A stretch of DNA of 64,000 nt from Acidimicrobiia bacterium (GCA_035305585.1 DATGOV010000002.1:2476-66475), one strand, 5' to 3'. Positions 1 through 10,427 are shown, counted from the stretch's first letter. Numbers and translations: made by a program. Notes: generated from the letters alone by a model not told the origin.

Positions 1-16
1 CGCTCTCGCTCTCGGG

Positions 17-535
17 GTGGCCGCACCCACCACCCGTTTGGCCCGCATGATGGAGCGGTTGCGCGAAGAAGCTCCGGCGGCCGATGTCGTCGAGATCGAC
101 GAGTTGGAAGGTGTCACGGCCATCGAGGAGGTCGGTGCCCCGCTCCCGTCCCGCAAGGAGAGTCGGTCGGGTAGTGGCCTGCGCCACCTCGGCCCCCTGG
201 TGGTCGCCTCGGCGATCATCGCCTTCCTGACCTCCGTGCTGGCCATGGCCCGCGGGCGAGCGATCTCGTTCCCGGGGGACATTCCCGCCTGGCCAGCGAT
301 GATGGCCGCCAGTTTCATCCTCGCCGGAGGTGGATTCGCCGCGTTCCAGAGCCAGCGGAAGGGACGGGTGGCGATCGGGCTCGGCACGGCTCTGGGGTTG
401 GTCGTGATCCTCCTCACCGCGGGTCGGATAGTCGACGCGGGGTTGGTCGGCGAGGCGCTTCTCGGCTTCACGCTGGCGATCGTCACATGCGGGGTGCTGC
501 TCGCCGTCGACACGGCGGGCCGCACGACCGATTGA
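17..535 (+). CDS. hypothetical integral membrane protein
   Basis: ORF-track 172 aa. A charged N-terminal ~55 aa is followed by several hydrophobic stretches (LGPLVVASAIIAFLTSVLAMA, MMAASFILAGGGFAAF, LGTALGLVVILLTAG, LLGFTLAIVTCGVLLAV). No family recognised. The start lies close to the window edge. Confidence 0.4.
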   Translation: MAAPTTRLARMMERLREEAPAADVVEIDELEGVTAIEEVGAPLPSRKESRSGSGLRHLGPLVVASAIIAFLTSVLAMARGRAISFPGDIPAWPAMMAASFILAGGGFAAFQSQRKGRVAIGLGTALGLVVILLTAGRIVDAGLVGEALLGFTLAIVTCGVLLAVDTAGRTTD

Positions 536-566
536 TCGGCGCCGGCGACTCCTAGGCTGGACCTGC

Positions 567-1451
567 ATGCCCGAGCTGCCGGACATCGTCGTCTATCTCG
601 AGGCGCTGGAGCGGCGGGTGCTCGGCCAGACCCTCACCGGCGTGAGGATCGCTTCGCCCTCCGTGCTGCGCACCTTCGATCCGCCCTACGACGCCGCCGC
701 GGGCCAACGGGTGGAGGGCTTGCGGCGGGTCGGAAAGCGCCTGGTCTTCGAGTTCCCCGACGAACTGTTCATGGTGATCCACCTGATGATCGCCGGCCGG
801 TTGCGCTGGTCTGCTCCCGGGGCGTCGATTCCTCGGAAGGTCGGGCTGGCCGCGATGGACTTCGAGGAGGGGACGCTCGTACTCACCGAACAGGGAACGA
901 GAAAGCGAGCCGGACTGTGGGTCCTGAAGGGCGAGGATGCCTTGGCCGCCGAGGACCGGGGTGGCATCGAGCCGCTCGAGATGACTCTCGAGGAGATGAC
1001 GGAGGCGCTCCAACGGGAGAACCGAACGGTGAAACGTGCCTTGACCGATCCCCGTCTCTTCTCTGGGATCGGCAACGCCTACTCGGACGAGATCCTGTGG
1101 GAGGCCAGGCTCGCTCCGACGACTCGCACCCGCTCCCTGACCGAGGAGGAGCTAGAGCGACTCCACAGGGCGATCCGCGACTCGCTGAGCGGCTGGACGG
1201 AGAGGCTGCGGGCCGAAGTGGGGGAGGGATGGCCCGAGAAAGTGACGGCGTTCCGTCCCGACATGGCGGTCCACGGCAAGTACGGCGAGCCGTGCCCCCG
1301 ATGCGGGTCCCCTGTGCAGCGGATCGTGTACGCCGACAACGAGACCAACTACTGCGCCACCTGCCAAACGGGCGGGCGTCTTTTGGCGGACCGCTCCCTG
1401 TCGCGGCTGTTGAAGGACGACTGGCCCAAGTCGATCGACGAGCTCGAATAG
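567..1451 (+). CDS. Fpg/Nei family DNA glycosylase / AP lyase
   Basis: N-terminus MPELPD (catalytic Pro2/Glu3 signature of Fpg/Nei). C-terminal C4 zinc finger CPRCGSPV...NYCATCQ. Length of 294 aa is typical. Confidence 0.85.
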   Translation: MPELPDIVVYLEALERRVLGQTLTGVRIASPSVLRTFDPPYDAAAGQRVEGLRRVGKRLVFEFPDELFMVIHLMIAGRLRWSAPGASIPRKVGLAAMDFEEGTLVLTEQGTRKRAGLWVLKGEDALAAEDRGGIEPLEMTLEEMTEALQRENRTVKRALTDPRLFSGIGNAYSDEILWEARLAPTTRTRSLTEEELERLHRAIRDSLSGWTERLRAEVGEGWPEKVTAFRPDMAVHGKYGEPCPRCGSPVQRIVYADNETNYCATCQTGGRLLADRSLSRLLKDDWPKSIDELE

Positions 1452-1464
1452 GCCGACTAGCGCA

Positions 1465-1479
1465 TCGAACACATGTTCG
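1465..1479. promoter_or_regulatory. LexA (SOS) box, TCGAAC-N4-GTTCG type
   Basis: Sequence TCGAACACATGTTCG lies 14 nt upstream of the imuA' ATG (1493). It matches the actinobacterial/Gram-positive GAAC-N4-GTTC consensus. Confidence 0.7.
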
Positions 1480-1492
1480 GTACGCTGGGGCG

Positions 1493-2086
1493 ATGAAGCT
1501 GCTCCAACCGGGCCGCATCACCGAGATGTCAGGTCTGACGGGGATGGGGATGACCCGTCTGGGCCTGGGCTTGTTGGCCGAGCCCTCCCAGCGGGCCCCT
1601 GTGGTGGTATTGGATGTCAAAGGGTGGCTGTCGCCGGTGGCGGCCTGGGAGATGGGAGTCGATTCCAGCCGGCTGGTGATCGTCCGCTGCTCCGATCCTC
1701 AACTCTGGCCCCAGGTGGCGGCGGCGCTGATCGACGGAGTGCAAGCGGTGTACGCCGAAGTGCCCGCTGGGGTCCGAGACCAGCACCTGAGACGCCTGGC
1801 GGCCTTGGCCCGGGCTCGGCGAACGGGTGTGGCGTTGAGACCCCTCGGTGACGCTCTCCCCTCCGGGGTGGCCCATCTGCGTCTTCGGGCCCGGGAAGTG
1901 CGCTGGGAGGGCGCTGAGCGAGGTCATGGCCAGTTGAGGCGCAGGTATCTCGTCGTCGAAGCGTCCGGCAGGGGAGTGGCAGGGATGACGAGGACGATCG
2001 AGATGGTGGACGATGGCACGGACGTTATGCGTGTGGTATCCGAAGCTGTTGCCGAAGAGCGGCAGCCAGCCCGCGTCGCCGGTTGA
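1493..2086 (+). CDS. imuA': ImuA'-like SOS mutagenesis accessory protein
   Basis: In-frame ATG at 1493 inside ORF 917..2086; the upstream part of that ORF overlaps the Fpg/Nei gene. About 197 aa, immediately upstream of and overlapping imuB, and preceded by a LexA box. The call rests mainly on context and size. Confidence 0.6.
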   Translation: MKLLQPGRITEMSGLTGMGMTRLGLGLLAEPSQRAPVVVLDVKGWLSPVAAWEMGVDSSRLVIVRCSDPQLWPQVAAALIDGVQAVYAEVPAGVRDQHLRRLAALARARRTGVALRPLGDALPSGVAHLRLRAREVRWEGAERGHGQLRRRYLVVEASGRGVAGMTRTIEMVDDGTDVMRVVSEAVAEERQPARVAG

Positions 2087-3374
2087 CCGGTCAGCCGACG
2101 TCCGCTGGTTCGAGACCGTGGTTGAGGTCATCGAGGATCTCGTTCCCCGGGTGGAGGTAGCCGAGCCCGGACTGGCTTACGTGCCGGTGGGAGGAGCGGT
2201 GCGCTACTACGGGGGGGAGCAGGTTCTCGCCGAGAAGATCGCCGGGGCGATACCGCCTGGTGCCTTGCTGGGGTTGGCCGACGGACCGTTCGCCGCCCGT
2301 CAGGCCGCCGAGCGGGCAGAGGAGCACGATCCGCTCATCGTCGAGGACACGGCGTCTTTCCTCCGCGATCTGGAGATCGACGCCCTGGGACCGAGCGAGT
2401 TGGCCGAGACCTTCCGCTGGCTGGGCGTCACCACACTGGGATCCCTCGCTCAGCTTCCTCGGGAAGCGGTGGCCTCCCGTTTCGGTGTCGAGGGATTGTC
2501 GGCCCATCGCCTGGCCGCAGGCGAGGACCGGGTACCGCAACCGCGGCCCATTCCCCCCGAATACGCCGTCGAGTCCGTCCACCACGAAGACCCGCTCGAG
2601 ATGGCCGAGCAGGTCGCCTTTCTGACGCGCAGCCTCGCCGCCCGACTCCTCGGAAGGCTTGCTCGGGACGGGATATCGCCTTTCCGGGTGATGGTGGAGG
2701 TGGAAGCCGCCGACGGGACGGTGCGGCAGCGGACGTGGCGCTCCACCGATCCCTTCACCGAGCACGCCCTGGCGGAACGGGTCTGGTGGCAGGTGCGAGC
2801 CTGGATCGACACCCCCGGGGGGATACCCGGCGGGGTGGTGCGTCTACGGCTGGACCCCTCGGACCTATCGGGAGAGGGGCGCCAACTGGCGTTGCTCGAG
2901 CCGGTGGAGCGTGACGGGGAGACCACATGGCAAGAGGTGGCGATCGACCGCCACGACGCCGAACGGGCGCTGTCGCGAGCGCAGGCGCTCGTGGGGCCGG
3001 ACGCCGTCTTGCAGGCGGTGCCCCGTGGGGGACGGATGCCTCACGAACAGGTGGAGTGGTACCCGTGGGGAGACCAGCCTCCCGACGTGGCCTCCGATGC
3101 GCCCTGGCCCGGGAAGATCCCGCCCCCTTCTCCCGCCTTGGCGACGTCCAAGCCGCCTCCTATCGAGGTGGAGTGGGACGGGGGCATGCCGGTGCGGATA
3201 CGTCTCGGCACACGCTGGGAGACCGTGCTCTCGTGGAGCGGCCCTTGGAGGATGGTGGGCAGATGGTGGGAGGGGGAGGGGCCGGCCGACCGGTATCAGA
3301 TCGTCACGTCGGTCGGGGCGGTCCTATGTGTGGTGAAAGACGGCCGCACCTATCTGGCCGGGGTCTACGACTGA
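2013..3374 (+). CDS. imuB: ImuB, Y-family-polymerase-like SOS mutagenesis protein
   Basis: 453 aa. The N-terminus RTLCVWYPKL resembles the ImuB 'LxxWxPDWP' start. General Y-family layout, downstream of imuA'. Confidence 0.75.
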   Translation: MARTLCVWYPKLLPKSGSQPASPVDRSADVRWFETVVEVIEDLVPRVEVAEPGLAYVPVGGAVRYYGGEQVLAEKIAGAIPPGALLGLADGPFAARQAAERAEEHDPLIVEDTASFLRDLEIDALGPSELAETFRWLGVTTLGSLAQLPREAVASRFGVEGLSAHRLAAGEDRVPQPRPIPPEYAVESVHHEDPLEMAEQVAFLTRSLAARLLGRLARDGISPFRVMVEVEAADGTVRQRTWRSTDPFTEHALAERVWWQVRAWIDTPGGIPGGVVRLRLDPSDLSGEGRQLALLEPVERDGETTWQEVAIDRHDAERALSRAQALVGPDAVLQAVPRGGRMPHEQVEWYPWGDQPPDVASDAPWPGKIPPPSPALATSKPPPIEVEWDGGMPVRIRLGTRWETVLSWSGPWRMVGRWWEGEGPADRYQIVTSVGAVLCVVKDGRTYLAGVYD

Positions 3375-4093
3375 CTCTCCAGGACTCGGGCGATCACCTC
3401 ACGGGCCCTGTCGCGCAGGTCGTTGGCGTCGGCGCGTTCCAGGCCATCGGTTTCGATCGGAGCCTCGATCGTCACCGTGATCTCCCCACCCTTGATCAGG
3501 AACGACCCCGGCCGCCACGCCTCGTAGCTGCCCTCGATCGCTACCGGGAGGATGGGAAGGCCCAACCCCAAGGCGATGGTGAACGCCCCCTTCTTGAATG
3601 GCCCCAGCGCTCCTGTCCGGGTACGGGTGCCTTCCGGATAGATGATCACCGACCGACCCGCGGCGATCAGCGCCTTGGCCTGCTCGTTGAGCTGCTCGTG
3701 GATGGCGACGCGGGCCTGGCGGTCGACTTCGACGATCCCGATCGCCTTCATCGCCTGGGCGAGGAGCGGGATGCGGAACAACTCCTTCTTGGCCAGGAAC
3801 CTGATCGGCACCGGCACCGCCAGAAAACAGGCCATGATGTCGAAAGCGGACTCGTGGTTCGCCACCACCACGTACGAGCGGGACGTGTCGACCACCTCGG
3901 CGCCGACCACGCGAAGCCGGGTTCCGGAGATCCGCAACCACGTCGTGCTCCACAGATGGATGACTTTTTCTATCGCGTCACTACCAGGCGAGACCGCCGA
4001 GACGATGATCGCGGCGATGGCGCAGACGACGGTGATGAGCACACCACCGACATAGGTCACGACGGTACGGAGCAGGTCGGCGAGCGACGCCAT
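3365..4093 (-). CDS. 1-acyl-sn-glycerol-3-phosphate acyltransferase family (PlsC-like)
   Basis: HxxxxD acyltransferase motif (NHESAFD) and EGTRT motif (YPEGTRTRTG), with an N-terminal TM segment. Start taken at the ATG at 4093 (MASLADL). The GTG at 4144 would overlap the upstream gene. Confidence 0.8.
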   Translation of the reverse strand: MASLADLLRTVVTYVGGVLITVVCAIAAIIVSAVSPGSDAIEKVIHLWSTTWLRISGTRLRVVGAEVVDTSRSYVVVANHESAFDIMACFLAVPVPIRFLAKKELFRIPLLAQAMKAIGIVEVDRQARVAIHEQLNEQAKALIAAGRSVIIYPEGTRTRTGALGPFKKGAFTIALGLGLPILPVAIEGSYEAWRPGSFLIKGGEITVTIEAPIETDGLERADANDLRDRAREVIARVLESQS

Positions 4094-4115
4094 TCGGGCG
4101 ATCGTAGCGTTCGGT

Positions 4116-4880
4116 TCAGGTCCGAACGCCGGCCAAGCCGGCACAGAGGGGCTCGACGGCCTCCCAACACGTCGTCGCCCAGATCATGTGGCCGGCGGCG
4201 TTCGGATGGAACCGATCGGCCGACCAGACGTCGCGGCGCCGGCGGAACTCCCCGGACGCCCAGTGCCATTGCTCGGCCTTGACGACGCGGTGCCTCTCGG
4301 CGACCAGCTGGTGGATCCGGTCGGCTCGTCGGCCGAGGCGGGACGCCATCTGACGGACCGGGGGCGCCAGCCGGGGGATCGTGCCCAAGTCACCGACACC
4401 GCTGAGGATCACCTGTGCGCCCGTGGCTTTGAGGGCGGAGACGATCCGGTCGAGATTGTCGTGGAGCTTCCTCATCGATACGCCCTTGATCACGTCGTTG
4501 GCTCCGACCGAGACCACCGCCAAATGAGGCTGGAAGTCGAGGGCGTGCGGAAGCTGGTCCACGAGGACGTCCAACGAAGTGGCGCCGCCCACCCCGAAGG
4601 AGCGCAGCTCGACCGGTCGCCGCGTTTCGTCGGCCAGGCGGCGGGCGACGTGGCGGATCCAGATGTCGTCCGCGTCGGCGACACCTGGGGCGGTGAGTGT
4701 GGAGTCGCCCATCGCCGCCAGGCGGAGTACCGGGCCCGGGTGGTCCTCGCCGAAGCTGCCGCTGGCGTCGAATTCGGGCTGACGGGGAGCCGGCCACAGA
4801 TAGGCGAAGGCGAGTTCCATGCCCACCGCGGCGACCATGGCCGTGATCAGCCTGCGGAGTAAGGAGACCGCCTGGGGCAT
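4116..4880 (-). CDS. SGNH/GDSL hydrolase family protein
   Basis: GDS block (AAMGDSTLTAPG), GAND block (VSVGANDV) and a C-terminal DRFHP block (DxxH). N-terminal hydrophobic segment. Confidence 0.7.
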   Translation of the reverse strand: MPQAVSLLRRLITAMVAAVGMELAFAYLWPAPRQPEFDASGSFGEDHPGPVLRLAAMGDSTLTAPGVADADDIWIRHVARRLADETRRPVELRSFGVGGATSLDVLVDQLPHALDFQPHLAVVSVGANDVIKGVSMRKLHDNLDRIVSALKATGAQVILSGVGDLGTIPRLAPPVRQMASRLGRRADRIHQLVAERHRVVKAEQWHWASGEFRRRRDVWSADRFHPNAAGHMIWATTCWEAVEPLCAGLAGVRT

Positions 4881-4917
4881 GGCAGAGATACTGCCACGTG
4901 CGGAGGGCTAGTCCAGA

Positions 4918-5235
4918 TCAGGTCGCTTCGACCTGGCGGATCCGGTCGGCAAGACCAAAGCGAGGCTTCTCCTCGGCCGTGAGGTCGATCTCGACGTCGA
5001 CGGATTCCGCGAAGCCCGACGGGTCGTCGGGGCTGAACCGGTACTCCTGACCGTCGACGATCAACACGAAGCGGAAGATCGACTCACGCCGAATGCGAAC
5101 GTCGGCCAGATCCCACGACCCGAGTCGGCGACGGTCGGACCACATGCGCACTCGTCCGCCATCGAATTGGATGCCGACACTCAGCGGACCGTCACCGTTG
5201 CTGAGTCCTTGGAGAGTGCCGTAGAAAGTGTGCAT
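4918..5235 (-). CDS. hypothetical protein
   Basis: ORF 4918..5313. Start taken at the ATG at 5235 (MHTFYGT). The upstream Arg-rich extension looks non-native. No family recognised. Confidence 0.4.
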   Translation of the reverse strand: MHTFYGTLQGLSNGDGPLSVGIQFDGGRVRMWSDRRRLGSWDLADVRIRRESIFRFVLIVDGQEYRFSPDDPSGFAESVDVEIDLTAEEKPRFGLADRIRQVEAT

Positions 5236-5320
5236 CAGCCAGTTGTCCTCCCATGCCCTTCGGCGCCGACACCTAGGTCGCTCGACCCATTCTAGGGTGT
5301 CGGCCCTTACCATGTAAGGG

Positions 5321-8300
5321 GTGGAAATCTCTGCACGTCCTCGCCGGTTCGTGACCGCTACGTCGCTGTTCGACGGTCACGACGCCTCGATCAACATCTT
5401 CCGCCGGATCCTGCAGTCGAAGGGAGCGGAGGTCGTGCATCTGGGTCATGACCGGTCGGCTCCCGAGATCGTGGAGGCGGTGTTGGAAGAGGACGCCCAT
5501 GCGGTGGCGGTGTCTTCGTATCAGGGCGGTCACATGGAGTTCTTCCGGTTCATGCGGGACCTGCTGGTCGACCGGGGTTTGGGCCACGTGAGGGTCTTCG
5601 TGGGCGGGGGTGGAACGATCCTTCCGGAGGAGGGCCGCGAACTCGAGCACTATGGCGTGTCGAGGGTGTATTCGCCGGACGACGGCCGTGCGTTGGGTCT
5701 GGTGGGTGTGGTCGAGGACATGCTGTTGCGGTGTGATTTCGAGCGGGGGGAGTTGGACGACGTCGACGGAACGTTGCGCCGCTTGTCAGAGGGGGATCGG
5801 ATGGCGGTGGCCGAGTTGATCTCGGCGGCCGAGAACTTCGGCGACAAGTACGCGGACGTCTTCGAGTCGGTGCGTCGGATGGCCGGAGACTCGGGCGCAG
5901 TCGTGGTGGGGATCACCGGTACCGGTGGCTCGGGGAAGTCGTCTTTGACCGACGAGATGGTCCGTCGCTTTCTGTTGGATTTCGAGGATCGGCGGGTGGC
6001 GGTGGTGGCGGTGGACCCGTCACGGCGACGGTCGGGCGGGGCGCTGTTGGGGGATCGGATCCGGATGAACTCGATTCCGCATCCGCGGGCCTACATGCGT
6101 TCACTGGCGACGCGGGAGGCGAACGTCTCGCTGTCGGCGGTGGTGGGACAAGCCGTGGAGGTGTGCAAGGCCGCGAGATTCGACCTGGTGATCGTGGAGA
6201 CGTCAGGGGTCGGCCAGTCGGACACAGGTGTGGTGGACCTGGCGGACGTGGCGGTGTACGTGATGACACCCGAGTATGGGGCGGCGACCCAGCTCGAGAA
6301 GATCGACATGTTGGATTTCGCCGATCTGGTTGCGGTGAACAAGGCGGACAAGCCGGGGTGGGAGGACGCGCTGCGTGACGTCCGCAAGCAGGTGCGCCGC
6401 AACCGGCTGGCCTTCGACGTGGCGGACGAAGAGGTCGGGGTGTGGCCGACGATCGCGTCCGATTTCAACGATCCGGGGACGAATCGCTTCTACGTGGAGC
6501 TGATGCGCCGGATCGACGAGGCGGCGGGCGGAGGCTTCGCGCCGTCTCGGGACTGGGTGACCGAGGGGTCGGTCAAGCATCACATCGTGCCACCGGAGCG
6601 GTCGCAGTACCTGGCGGAGATCGCCGAGACGATCCGGGCCTATGACGCGAAGGTGGAGGATTCAGCGAGGGCCGCCGAGGCGGCCCAGCATCTGCTGGCG
6701 GCTGCGGAGTTGACCGGCTCGGAAGAGCTGGCGGAGCAGGGTGAGGGGAGGCTGGCCGAGGTCGACGCCGAGTTGGCGGAAGGGCTGGCCGGCTGGGAGT
6801 TCATGTTGGAGAACTACTCCGGCGAGGAGTTCTCCTACGAGGTGCGGGGCAAGGAGGTGCGGGCGCCTCTCAACCACGTCACGCTGTCGGGTACGAAGGT
6901 GCCGAAGGTGGCGACCCCGAAGTTGTCGTCGTGGGGGGACCGGGTCCGATGGCTGGGGCAGGAGAACCTGCCCGGACGCTTCCCCTACACCGCCGGGATC
7001 TATCCGCTGAAACGAACCGCCGAGGACCCGACCCGCATGTTCGCCGGGGAGGGCCCGCCGGAACAGACCAACCGCCGTTTCCACTACCTGGCGTCGGGGA
7101 TGACCGCCAAGCGGCTGTCGACCGCATTCGATTCCGTGACGCTGTATGGAGAGGACCCGGCGGAGCGTCCCGACATCTACGGCAAGGTGGGCAACTCGGG
7201 CGTATCCGTCGCCACGTTGGACGACGCCAAGAAGCTCTATTCCGGATTCGACCTGTGTGACCCGCAGACCTCGGTGTCGATGACGATCAACGGGCCGGCG
7301 CCGACCATCCTGGCGTTCTTCCTGAACGCGGCCGTCGACCAACAATGTGAGAAGTACATCCGCCAGAACGGGCTGACCGAGGAGGTCGAGGCGAAGATCT
7401 CAGAGATCTTCCGGGATCGTCCCCGGCCCCGATACCACGGGGACCTGCCCGATGGCCACGACGGGCTGGGGCTGATGCTGCTCGGCGTCTCCGGACACGA
7501 AGTCCTGGACCGCGAGGTCTACGCGCGGATCCGCGCCGAAACCCTTTCGACGGTGCGGGGCACGGTCCAGGCCGACATCCTCAAAGAGGACCAGGCCCAG
7601 AACACCTGCATCTTCTCCACGGAGTTCGCCCTGAAGATGATGGGCGACGTCCAGGAGTGGTTCATCGACCACCGAGTCCGGAACTTCTACTCGGTGTCGA
7701 TCTCCGGCTACCACATGGCCGAAGCCGGAGCGAACCCCATCACCCAGCTGGCGTTCACTCTCGCCAACGGCTTCACCTACGTCGAGTACTACCTGTCCCG
7801 GGGCATGGACATCGACGACTTCGCCCCCAACCTGTCGTTCTTCTTCTCGAACGGGATCGACGCCGAATATGCCGTCATCGGCCGGGTGGCCCGGCGCATC
7901 TGGGCCAAGGCGCTCAAGCACCGCTACGGCGCCAATCCCCGCTCCCAGATGCTCAAGTACCACATCCAGACATCGGGGCGCTCCCTCCACGCCCAGGAGA
8001 TCTCCTTCAACGACATCCGGACCACCCTCCAAGCTCTCTACGCCATCTACGACAACTGCAACAGCCTCCACACCAACGCCTACGACGAGGCGATCACCAC
8101 ACCCACCGAGGAGTCCGTCCGGCGGGCGCTGGCCATCCAGCTCATCATCAACCGCGAGCTCGGCCTCGCCAAGAACGAGAACCCGCTCCAAGGTTCGTTC
8201 ATCATCGAAGAGCTCACCGACCTCGTGGAGGAAGCCGTCCTGGCCGAGTTCGACCGCCTCTCCAGCCGGGGAGGGGTCCTCGGCGCCATGGAACGCCAGT

Positions 8301-8656
8301 ACCAGCGTCAGAAGATCCAAGAGGAGTCCCTCTACTACGAGAAGCTGAAAGAGAGCGGGGAGTATCCGATCATCGGGGTCAACACGTTCCTCGACAAGGA
8401 CGGGTCGCCGTTCGAGGTGCCGGAGAAGGTCGTGCGCTCGTCCGACGCCGACAAGCAGCGCCAGATCGCCAACCTGCGGGCATTCCAGGAGCGCAACGCC
8501 GAGCGGAGCCCGGCCGCGCTGGACGGACTCGCCCGGGCGGCGACGTCCGGCCACAACACTTTCGACGCCCTCATGGACGCCGCCCAGGTCGCCTCCCTGG
8601 GCCAGATCACTCGCCGCCTCTACGAAATCGGTGGCCGATACCGCCGCAACATGTGA
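5321..8656 (+). CDS. icmF: fused isobutyryl-CoA mutase (B12-binding domain + MeaB-like G-protein + mutase catalytic domain)
   Basis: 1111 aa. N-terminal B12-binding segment ([17 protein letters not shown]), MeaB P-loop ([12 protein letters not shown]), and a C-terminal methylmalonyl/isobutyryl-CoA mutase TIM-barrel region. GTG start at 5321; the exact start is uncertain. Confidence 0.9.
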   Translation: MEISARPRRFVTATSLFDGHDASINIFRRILQSKGAEVVHLGHDRSAPEIVEAVLEEDAHAVAVSSYQGGHMEFFRFMRDLLVDRGLGHVRVFVGGGGTILPEEGRELEHYGVSRVYSPDDGRALGLVGVVEDMLLRCDFERGELDDVDGTLRRLSEGDRMAVAELISAAENFGDKYADVFESVRRMAGDSGAVVVGITGTGGSGKSSLTDEMVRRFLLDFEDRRVAVVAVDPSRRRSGGALLGDRIRMNSIPHPRAYMRSLATREANVSLSAVVGQAVEVCKAARFDLVIVETSGVGQSDTGVVDLADVAVYVMTPEYGAATQLEKIDMLDFADLVAVNKADKPGWEDALRDVRKQVRRNRLAFDVADEEVGVWPTIASDFNDPGTNRFYVELMRRIDEAAGGGFAPSRDWVTEGSVKHHIVPPERSQYLAEIAETIRAYDAKVEDSARAAEAAQHLLAAAELTGSEELAEQGEGRLAEVDAELAEGLAGWEFMLENYSGEEFSYEVRGKEVRAPLNHVTLSGTKVPKVATPKLSSWGDRVRWLGQENLPGRFPYTAGIYPLKRTAEDPTRMFAGEGPPEQTNRRFHYLASGMTAKRLSTAFDSVTLYGEDPAERPDIYGKVGNSGVSVATLDDAKKLYSGFDLCDPQTSVSMTINGPAPTILAFFLNAAVDQQCEKYIRQNGLTEEVEAKISEIFRDRPRPRYHGDLPDGHDGLGLMLLGVSGHEVLDREVYARIRAETLSTVRGTVQADILKEDQAQNTCIFSTEFALKMMGDVQEWFIDHRVRNFYSVSISGYHMAEAGANPITQLAFTLANGFTYVEYYLSRGMDIDDFAPNLSFFFSNGIDAEYAVIGRVARRIWAKALKHRYGANPRSQMLKYHIQTSGRSLHAQEISFNDIRTTLQALYAIYDNCNSLHTNAYDEAITTPTEESVRRALAIQLIINRELGLAKNENPLQGSFIIEELTDLVEEAVLAEFDRLSSRGGVLGAMERQYQRQKIQEESLYYEKLKESGEYPIIGVNTFLDKDGSPFEVPEKVVRSSDADKQRQIANLRAFQERNAERSPAALDGLARAATSGHNTFDALMDAAQVASLGQITRRLYEIGGRYRRNM

Positions 8657-8666
8657 AGGTGCCCCT

Positions 8667-8876
8667 ATGTGCAGATCGATCGTCCGTCTCCGTGAGGGAG
8701 CCCAGATAGCCGGTCGCGACGACATCGAGGCGGCCGCCCGCCAGTTCGTCCGCAAGGTGTCCGGCTTCTCCAAGCCCGCTCCGCACAACCAGGCGGTCTT
8801 CGACCAGGCGGTCGCCGAGATCACCGAGGCCGTCGAGCGCCTGATGCAGGGACTCGTGATCCGCGGCGCCAATTGA
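8667..8876 (+). CDS. DUF2277-like small protein
   Basis: Starts MCRSIVRLRE..., as in the DUF2277 family (MCRNI...). 69 aa. GAAGGTG lies upstream. Begins 10 nt after the icmF stop. Confidence 0.55.
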   Translation: MCRSIVRLREGAQIAGRDDIEAAARQFVRKVSGFSKPAPHNQAVFDQAVAEITEAVERLMQGLVIRGAN

Positions 8877-8944
8877 CCGACTTACGCGCTGGATCTGGGA
8901 AGATGTAGGCGGCGTCGATCGACGCTCGTTCCCGGAGACTCACG

Positions 8945-9973
8945 ATGACAGACGACAAGACGCGCGTTCTTCCCCAGACACAGGTCCCCGACCCGCAGCG
9001 ACCGCGGCAGGCCCGCAAGCGTCGCCGCCGCCGGATGTCGCGGGGCCAGAGGTTCGTCCTCACGGTCCTCACCCTGCTGGTCCTCTTCGCCGCCCTGGCG
9101 GTCGGAGCGGTGTTCCTCGCCGAGTTCCAGATGGACGATCTCGGCACGTTCGACTCCCTCGCATCGGGAGAGGGCACCTATCTCGTCGTCGGCACCGACA
9201 GCCGGGAGAACCTTCCCGACGACCTCGAAGGCAAGTTCGGCGACTTCGCCGGGGCCCGCGCCGACGTGATCATGCTGATGCAGGTCGTTTCGGACGAAGT
9301 GCAGCTGCTCTCGATCCCTCGCGACCTCCGGGTGGAGATCCCCGGCCACGGAGTCAACAAGGTCAACGCCGCCTACGCGTTCGGCGGGCCCGACCTGCTG
9401 GTGGAGACGATCAGCCGGGAGACCGGGATCCGCATCAACCACTACCTCGAAGTCGACTTCGGCGGGTTCGCCGGGATCGTCGACGCCCTCGGTGGAATCG
9501 AGCTGGACTTCCCCGCTCCGGCCCGGGACCGCAAGTCGGGCCTGCAGGTCGACGAAGCCGGCACCCAGGTCGTCGACGGAGCCACGGCCCTGGCATACGC
9601 CCGGTCTCGGTCGTATGAGGAGCTTCGAGACGGCGAGTGGACGGCGGTCGGAGGAGGCGACATCGAACGTACGGGACGCCAACGCGAGGTCCTTCTCGAG
9701 ATCCTCGATCGGGCTTCCAGCCCGGGCGGGATCATCCGCAGCCCACTCGTCTTGCAGCAGGTGACCTCGAACCTCAAGGGCGACACGAGCGTGACCCCGT
9801 TGCGTCTGCTCAAGACGGCGTGGGGATTCCGGTCGGCCGGCGCCACCCGAACGATCACCCTGCCGGTGGTCGGCCACAGCGAGGGCGGGGTGTCCTACGT
9901 GGTGCGGGACGAACCTGCGGCCACGGCGGTCCTGGAGGCGTTCGCCGCCGGAGAGCCGTTGCCCGAGGACTGA
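8945..9973 (+). CDS. LytR-CpsA-Psr (LCP) family cell-envelope phosphotransferase
   Basis: N-terminal TM segment, then the LCP core GTDSR...RADVIMLMQV...LLSIPRDL...NKVNAAYAFGG. Confidence 0.85.
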   Translation: MTDDKTRVLPQTQVPDPQRPRQARKRRRRRMSRGQRFVLTVLTLLVLFAALAVGAVFLAEFQMDDLGTFDSLASGEGTYLVVGTDSRENLPDDLEGKFGDFAGARADVIMLMQVVSDEVQLLSIPRDLRVEIPGHGVNKVNAAYAFGGPDLLVETISRETGIRINHYLEVDFGGFAGIVDALGGIELDFPAPARDRKSGLQVDEAGTQVVDGATALAYARSRSYEELRDGEWTAVGGGDIERTGRQREVLLEILDRASSPGGIIRSPLVLQQVTSNLKGDTSVTPLRLLKTAWGFRSAGATRTITLPVVGHSEGGVSYVVRDEPAATAVLEAFAAGEPLPED

Positions 9974-10392
9974 GCCTCTGCCCCGACCTGGCGGATCACC
10001 TCATCGAGGAAATCCTCGCCCGCGGCGGAGTCCGGGTCGACGTCGCGGAGCCTCTCGACGATCTCGACGCGTTGAGCGACGACATTGCATCCGAGTCGTT
10101 TCGCGACCTCGAAGTAGCCGCTGTCCACCACCGTGTCGACGCGATCGCCGAGCTCATCGGCCGCGATCCGGCCTCCGGACACTTCGGACAACTCGTCGAG
10201 ATCCTCGGCCATCTGGCGGACGACGCCGACGAACGTCTCGCTGAGCTTGTCGCAATCGCGCAGGTCGCTCATCACCTGCTCGACATCGAACTCGGCGATC
10301 TCCGACGGCAACTCCACCGACACGCCGGCGCACGCTGTCAGGAGGACTGCCGCTACCACGGTTCCAGCCCTCGCACCCATCGCCGATGACAT
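9895..10392 (-). CDS. hypothetical lipoprotein
   Basis: Signal peptide with a lipobox-like LLTAC, followed by an acidic mature part. The 3' end overlaps the convergent LCP gene by 79 nt. Confidence 0.45.
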   Translation of the reverse strand: MSSAMGARAGTVVAAVLLTACAGVSVELPSEIAEFDVEQVMSDLRDCDKLSETFVGVVRQMAEDLDELSEVSGGRIAADELGDRVDTVVDSGYFEVAKRLGCNVVAQRVEIVERLRDVDPDSAAGEDFLDEVIRQVGAEAQSSGNGSPAANASRTAVAAGSSRTT

Positions 10393-10427
10393 TAGCCATC
10401 GCCATCGAGGTTGGTTGAGCCTCCGGC

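Noticed and set aside
917-1492. Upstream 192 codons of ORF 917..2086
   Set aside because: This part overlaps the Fpg/Nei gene out of frame and would place the LexA box inside a CDS. The ATG at 1493, right after the box, gives an ImuA'-sized product.
5236-5320. Possible cobalamin riboswitch upstream of the B12-dependent icmF
   Set aside because: The spacer is only ~85 nt, far shorter than a cobalamin riboswitch, and I saw no B12-box-like sequence.
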